Of a stretch of 64,000 nt of DNA, positions 59,387 to 64,000 are shown one piece after another. The notes beneath the pieces are model-generated. The model was not told where the DNA came from, did not search any database, and saw only the letters and a list, made by a program, of their open reading frames with translations. The stretch is taken from positions 992,001 through 1,056,000 of the forward strand of contig OY969585.1 in NCBI GenBank assembly GCA_963701295.1. The letters are read 5' to 3'. Within the stretch, counting starts at the first letter, position 1, and each line of letters opens with the position of its first letter. Origin of the DNA: Ignavibacteriota bacterium. Lineage in GTDB: Bacteria; Bacteroidota; Ignavibacteria; UBA10030. The translations under genes and the position numbers were made by a program.

Positions 59387-60166
59387 TTATGATGGAAGAG
59401 TACGATGCACGAGTGTTGTCGATGCTTGTGCGGTTGGCATTATGATCAATTCTGCAATTTGCACATGTGCCGGTCTTGTGGCGGCGTAGAACACAGCGTC
59501 GGCAATGTCTTCGGGTGTTAGCGGAGTCATATTCTGATATGTTTTTTTTGCGCGTTCCCTGTCGCCATGGAAACGTACCTCGCTAAATTCTGTCTCGACT
59601 AAACCGGGATCGATCGTACAAACGCGGATTGGCGTATCGACCAGATCCATACGCATTCCTTTGGTGAGCGCATCGACAGCATGTTTGGTGGCACAATAGA
59701 CGTTTCCACTCGGATAAACGTCGTGTCCGGCAATGGAACCGATGTTAATTATGGTACCCTTTCTTCGTTTTACCATACCCGGCAGAACAGTGCGGCTGAC
59801 GTATAGTAATCCCTTTACATTCGTGTCGATCATTTCCTCCCAGTCTTCAAATTGTCCTTCATGCAGTTTTTGAAGACCGCGGCTCAATCCGGCATTGTTG
59901 ATAAGAATATCAATATCCTGCCATTCTACGGGGAGTTTCTGAACAAATTTTGTTACGGCATGCCGGTCTCGTACATCAAGTGCATCAACATATGAATCTG
60001 TCTTAAATTGCCTTTTGAATTCTGCTGCAATTTTTTCCAGTCGTTCTTTACGGCGGGCAACAAGAATGAGTTTGGCGCCTGCTTCGGCAAATTTATGCGC
60101 ACAGGAGCGTCCAATGCCGCTACTGGCGCCAGTAATGAAAACAAGAGAATTAGCAAATGCTGGCAT
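59387..60166 (-). CDS. SDR oxidoreductase (YdfG-like NADP-dependent 3-hydroxy acid dehydrogenase)
   Basis: TGASSGIG, NNAGL, MIDTNVKG, YCATK and PGLVETEFS motifs. Confidence 0.92.
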   Translation of the reverse strand: MPAFANSLVFITGASSGIGRSCAHKFAEAGAKLILVARRKERLEKIAAEFKRQFKTDSYVDALDVRDRHAVTKFVQKLPVEWQDIDILINNAGLSRGLQKLHEGQFEDWEEMIDTNVKGLLYVSRTVLPGMVKRRKGTIINIGSIAGHDVYPSGNVYCATKHAVDALTKGMRMDLVDTPIRVCTIDPGLVETEFSEVRFHGDRERAKKTYQNMTPLTPEDIADAVFYAATRPAHVQIAELIIMPTAQASTTLVHRTLPS

Positions 60167-60552
60167 ATTGATCCATGAATAGATGAAGTTTCATAAATAA
60201 TTTCTTCGCATGGGAAAAATACAAAGCAAGGAAGTGAATGTCAATGAATCAAAAGAAATACTTATATGGTTTCGAAAAGTCATTTTTCTGTTTCTTGACC
60301 ATGGTTTTTGGCTAATTTCGTGGATATTTCTTCTCTTTCTACTCTCCGTATGTTTTCTTTACCAATCTTCCCTGATTCACAATAGGAAGATACCTAGATT
60401 ACGCCACTTGCATAAGACACAGGAAATGTGTATCAATATGACTCTTGATGCCTGATACGCTAGTCGTCACTATATGAAAGGTGTCCGTATGTTGAGTGCA
60501 TGTAATGGCTTTCCATTCACCTCCTTTGACCTCATTTATCTCATTTCCCGAG

Positions 60553-60655
60553 TAAAATACGACAATGTTTGTAACGAAATCGTTACAGCCAATTGGTTAA
60601 AATACGACAGAAAAATAATTCTGAATAATGTAGCTTATGTGAGAAAATAACGACA
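60553..60655 (+). promoter_or_regulatory. Putative regulator-binding array: three phased direct repeats plus an 18-bp palindrome
   Basis: TAAAATACGACA at 60553 and 60598, GAAAATAACGACA at 60643 (45-nt spacing); TGTAACG-aaat-CGTTACA at 60570-60587. Confidence 0.6.
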
Positions 60656-60897
60656 CATCTGATCGTTTTTTTCAAAAGGGAGCGGTCTTGAAAAGGCCGA
60701 TTGTGTAAACGTGTACTTCAACTGACACGAAATTCTTGAATGTCAGGTCTATAATTTCTTTGAAGGAGCTTAGATGCTGAAAATGATTGAATCGCGAAAA
60801 AGTCGCTCTCCGCCCACATGATTTGAAAAGTCGTTACAGGCACTTCTTCATGTGTTCAATGACCAATTTAAGATTTTTACTTCCAAAGGAGAATCAA

Positions 60898-61302
60898 ATG
60901 TCTATAAAGAAAATTGTTGTCACCATTTCGATCCTTTCAATATTCGCGATTGCACTCTTTATCTATCCTTCAATGAATCAATCTGTCCGAGCAGAGCAAG
61001 TAAATTTTGCCGGTTATAAAAACCAAAGCGTTTCATTCCAGGAAGCATTAAGATTAATCAAAACCTATGAACATATTGCTGCATCCGACGTAGTCATTGC
61101 ACAATACTTTGGAAAAGATATTGTTGATAAAATTCTTGCACAGCCCGGATGTCTCGGAGTGCGAATGTATTACGGCAAGCATGCAAGCGGGAAATCTGGT
61201 GTACTACTCATTGGAGTGGACAAATACGGAAAGGACATGGTTACAGGTGTTTTAGCTATGCCTGTAATTATTTGTCCTCCCTATTGTGGTGGTTCAAATT
61301 AA
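60898..61302 (+). CDS. Small exported protein ending in CPPYC (candidate signal or ligand of the adjacent two-component system)
   Basis: 134 aa from ATG 60898 (SD AAGGAG); N-terminal hydrophobic segment; QPGCLGVRMYYG, LIGVDKYGKD and ICPPYC motifs. Confidence 0.75.
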   Translation: MSIKKIVVTISILSIFAIALFIYPSMNQSVRAEQVNFAGYKNQSVSFQEALRLIKTYEHIAASDVVIAQYFGKDIVDKILAQPGCLGVRMYYGKHASGKSGVLLIGVDKYGKDMVTGVLAMPVIICPPYCGGSN

Positions 61303-61497
61303 GGCATATTGCAAGAGGGCAATTCATTTCCTACCTTAAAATGATTTTATTATGCGGTGGAGCTACACGGCACGCAGTTCCACCACAGTTGAAATCCGAG
61401 GTTACTTCAAAAGGTAGTTTTATAAACTCAGGAGTACCTGTTACTCTTAGATGATTGTGTCTACTTGAACCAGTAAAAGCAGGAACAATTTCCATAG

Positions 61498-62139
61498 ATG
61501 GTGCACTATCCAACACTTGCATATGTTACACTCTTCAGTTCTGTATTACCGCTCTTGATTGGAGTTTACAAGTGGAAGCTGGTAAGTCGCGAATTGAAAA
61601 TCCTGGTTTTATATCTCACGATCGGACTTACAATAGATATTGTGACCATGTGGTTCATTGCGAATCCTCGGATCAATCTGGGGCTTATGCATTTCTATTA
61701 TCTCGTCGAATACATATTTATAATTTCTATTATTGTTTCCTGGCAAGAGTCGCCGAAGATAAAGAGTCTGTTTCAAATACTGTTGTTATGCTATGTCCTG
61801 TTCTGGTTCTGCGCAAAGTTTACCTTCGAACCGTTCAATGGATTGTATTCTCTCACCGCAAGTGTTTCATATGTTCTGCTTGCCCTCAGTGCAGGATACA
61901 CGTTATTTATTGTCATCGGGAATCGAGTGCAATCGTTATTCAGCCGTCAACAGTTTTGGGTGCTTCTCTCAGTAGTGGTGTATTATACAGGAACTTTAGC
62001 ACTTGTCGCATTACAAGGAATTCTTGTTCATTATTCTACAGAGGATTTATTCCTTGCTGGATCCATCAATTGGAGTCTTAAAATTCTTTTTAATATCCTG
62101 TTTACAGTAGGCTTTCTATGTCCTCAGACTCAACCGTAA
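61498..62139 (+). CDS. Polytopic (about 7 TM) membrane protein, probable sensor subunit
   Basis: 213 aa, almost entirely hydrophobic segments; overlaps the kinase gene by 22 nt. Confidence 0.75.
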   Translation: MVHYPTLAYVTLFSSVLPLLIGVYKWKLVSRELKILVLYLTIGLTIDIVTMWFIANPRINLGLMHFYYLVEYIFIISIIVSWQESPKIKSLFQILLLCYVLFWFCAKFTFEPFNGLYSLTASVSYVLLALSAGYTLFIVIGNRVQSLFSRQQFWVLLSVVVYYTGTLALVALQGILVHYSTEDLFLAGSINWSLKILFNILFTVGFLCPQTQP

Positions 62140-62933
62140 TACTGACGGCTGTCTTCAGCGTTACAATTGTAGTGCTGGGATTGTTCTCTTTTTTTGTTCT
62201 CATGATGATTCGTAATCATCGCAAGGTTGAAGCAGCACAGCGTGAACGAATTCGCCAAATGCAGCTCTTTTCAGAAAAACTCCAATCGGCACGGGAAGAA
62301 GAACAAAAACGGATTGCCCGTGAATTGCATGACGAACTTGGTGGAACTCTTACAAGCATAAAATATGATCTTCTTTGGCTGGAGCAGCATACTTCTGCAA
62401 AGGGTGAAGTAGCGCAGCGTTTCCAAGCGATGCGGGATTTGATGGACTCGACGACGAAGGTCGTGCAACGCATCTCTGCCGAACTTCGCCCAAAAATTTT
62501 AGACAGTTTTGGTTTAGCAGTAGCTGTTGAATGGCAAACCAATGAATTTAAAAAACGAACCGGTATTGATGCACGATTTCAAAAGCTATCAGAACTTCCT
62601 CCTATTGACGAAGCTGTAACGACGGGAGTCTATCGGATCGTCCAGGAATCGTTGACGAATATTGTACGCCATGCACAAGCCACATCTGTCGAAGTAAATG
62701 TGCAGCTTCGTAATGGCCTGTTGCATGTCGAAATCATTGATAATGGAAAAGGCTTTGATAATGCATTGCTGGATCATCCGGAGTCTTTAGGTCTTTTAAG
62801 CATTCGAGAACGCACCAGAATGATAGGAGGAAATGTAGTGATTAACGGAAGTCCGGGGAAGGGAACGAAAGTCGTCTTGGAGACACCGTTCCAGAATAAT
62901 CATCCGTCACTGATGAAGGATGGTTTGTCATGA
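62118..62933 (+). CDS. Sensor histidine kinase (HisKA_3, NarX/UhpB class) with one TM and no sensor domain
   Basis: H-box RIARELHDELGG, N-box QESLTNIVRHA, DNGKGF, LGLLSIRER and GKGT. Confidence 0.93.
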   Translation: MSSDSTVILTAVFSVTIVVLGLFSFFVLMMIRNHRKVEAAQRERIRQMQLFSEKLQSAREEEQKRIARELHDELGGTLTSIKYDLLWLEQHTSAKGEVAQRFQAMRDLMDSTTKVVQRISAELRPKILDSFGLAVAVEWQTNEFKKRTGIDARFQKLSELPPIDEAVTTGVYRIVQESLTNIVRHAQATSVEVNVQLRNGLLHVEIIDNGKGFDNALLDHPESLGLLSIRERTRMIGGNVVINGSPGKGTKVVLETPFQNNHPSLMKDGLS

Positions 62934-63559
62934 GAGTACTTGTGGTCGATGATCACGAATTCACGCGTGAAGGAGTTATCCGGATACTCACGGACAATTT
63001 TTCCATTACAAAAATTGTCCGGGCTGGAACATATGAAGCTGCTATGGAGCAAATAGAAAACGGAAAATTTGATCTCTTGATCCTCAATGTTAACCTTCCA
63101 GGGAAAAGCGGGTTAGAAGTGCTCACCTCGGTCAGGGCTTCTCAACCGAGTCTTCCGATCCTCGTTCTGAGTATGGTTCCTGTTTCGCAATATGCACGCC
63201 GGGTGTTGCAGGCAGGAGCGACAGGATATATGACGAAGTCCGAACCGGCTGAGGAATTTTTGAAAGCTGTCCGTGCGGTTTCGCAAGGTCTGAGATATTT
63301 CAGTCCTGAAGTACAGCAAGAAATTCCCGACCTCGTTGATGAATCGATCAATCGGCCAAAACACGATAAGTTATCAGACCGTGAGTTTGAAATCCTGCAA
63401 AGGATAGCAGATGGAAAAAGTTCAAAAGAAATCGCTGGAGAATTTAAAATTACGGTGAATACAGTGAATTCTTACCGCAAGAGGGTTATGACGAAACTTC
63501 ATGCAAAGTCCAATGCCGATGTTATCAAATATGCGTATAAAAACAAACTCTTAAAATAG
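62930..63559 (+). CDS. NarL/LuxR-family (UvrY/GacA-like) response regulator, phosphoacceptor Asp replaced by Asn
   Basis: VVDDH, DLLILNVNLPGKSG, GATGYMTK and HTH LSDREFEIL..KEIA..TVNSYRKRVMTKL; coupled to the kinase by ATGA. Confidence 0.92.
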   Translation: MRVLVVDDHEFTREGVIRILTDNFSITKIVRAGTYEAAMEQIENGKFDLLILNVNLPGKSGLEVLTSVRASQPSLPILVLSMVPVSQYARRVLQAGATGYMTKSEPAEEFLKAVRAVSQGLRYFSPEVQQEIPDLVDESINRPKHDKLSDREFEILQRIADGKSSKEIAGEFKITVNTVNSYRKRVMTKLHAKSNADVIKYAYKNKLLK

Positions 63560-63777
63560 ACAGGTACATTTCCATTCTCCTTGCTCTCTTCTGGCCCCAT
63601 AATTTTCCAATGATTTCTCAATTTATTTCTTCTCACAATGAAAAAGCGGTCAAAGTTCGTGGTAGTGAAGCAACGGTTCATGTTCGGACTGCCTTCTGAT
63701 TTTTTTAAGTTAATGCGCTATTGCCTATTGGATTAAACATTTTGTTCAGTTCATGATTTTTCCTACATTTCTATAAA

Positions 63778-64000
63778 ATGATTTCTAATCGAATACTCTC
63801 ATATAATCGTCTATTGTTTCTTGTCGCGATTTTATTTCTTGCCTTCTGGCAGTCAGCGGTATCTCAGGAACAAAAGCATCAGGATGGAATTTCCAGTACA
63901 TGGCTTATACTGCAGGCGCTTCCGAGTTATTCCTGGACAAATTTTCTACGACAGACAAATTTTGCTTTTGAATGGGAAGCTGCGCCGGTTTTGTATTCAT
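63778..64000 (+). CDS. Hypothetical exported protein, 5' part (runs off the window)
   Basis: Open frame from ATG 63778, MISNRILSYNRLLFLVAILFLAFWQSAVSQEQ..., with a signal-peptide-like start. Confidence 0.6.
   Translation, partial: MISNRILSYNRLLFLVAILFLAFWQSAVSQEQKHQDGISSTWLILQALPSYSWTNFLRQTNFAFEWEAAPVLYS

Noticed and set aside
60553-60655. Mini CRISPR array (three repeats at constant spacing)
   Set aside because: The repeats are only 12-13 nt, too short for CRISPR, and there are no cas genes. Treated as regulator sites instead.
61149-62081. Cys-rich alternative ORFs (61149-61454, 61455-62081, 61331-61522) as extra peptide genes
   Set aside because: They are off-frame or antisense shadows of better-supported genes and lack ribosome-binding sites.

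Overview
This is a gene-dense bacterial chromosome segment of moderate-to-low GC. The gene families suggest Ignavibacteria or the Bacteroidota-Chlorobi group (inference). Housekeeping content: a trpEGDCFB operon with a Trp-Trp-Trp leader-peptide attenuator, rsgA, pyrF, tandem GSI and GSIII glutamine synthetases, larEB, rubrerythrin-cydAB, a metal-uptake cluster (HYC_CC_PP, HMA, TonB receptor), an MgtE-CBS/Nramp pair and many peptidases. Unusual parts: (1) a MacAB-like ABC operon interrupted twice by 122-aa four-helix-bundle genes, each bracketed by complementary 7-nt-period repeat tracts; (2) a small nuclease/antitoxin islet at 38.9-41.1 kb; (3) a decaying integron-like cassette array with no integrase at about 49.3-54.8 kb; (4) a candidate structured small RNA at about 59.0 kb; (5) a four-gene module (small exported CPPYC protein, polytopic membrane protein, histidine kinase, NarL/GacA-type regulator with Asp-to-Asn at the phosphoacceptor) behind a palindrome and three phased repeats. 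I found no rRNA, tRNA, CRISPR array, integrase, transposase or reverse transcriptase. All calls come from reading the sequence; no database searches were run.
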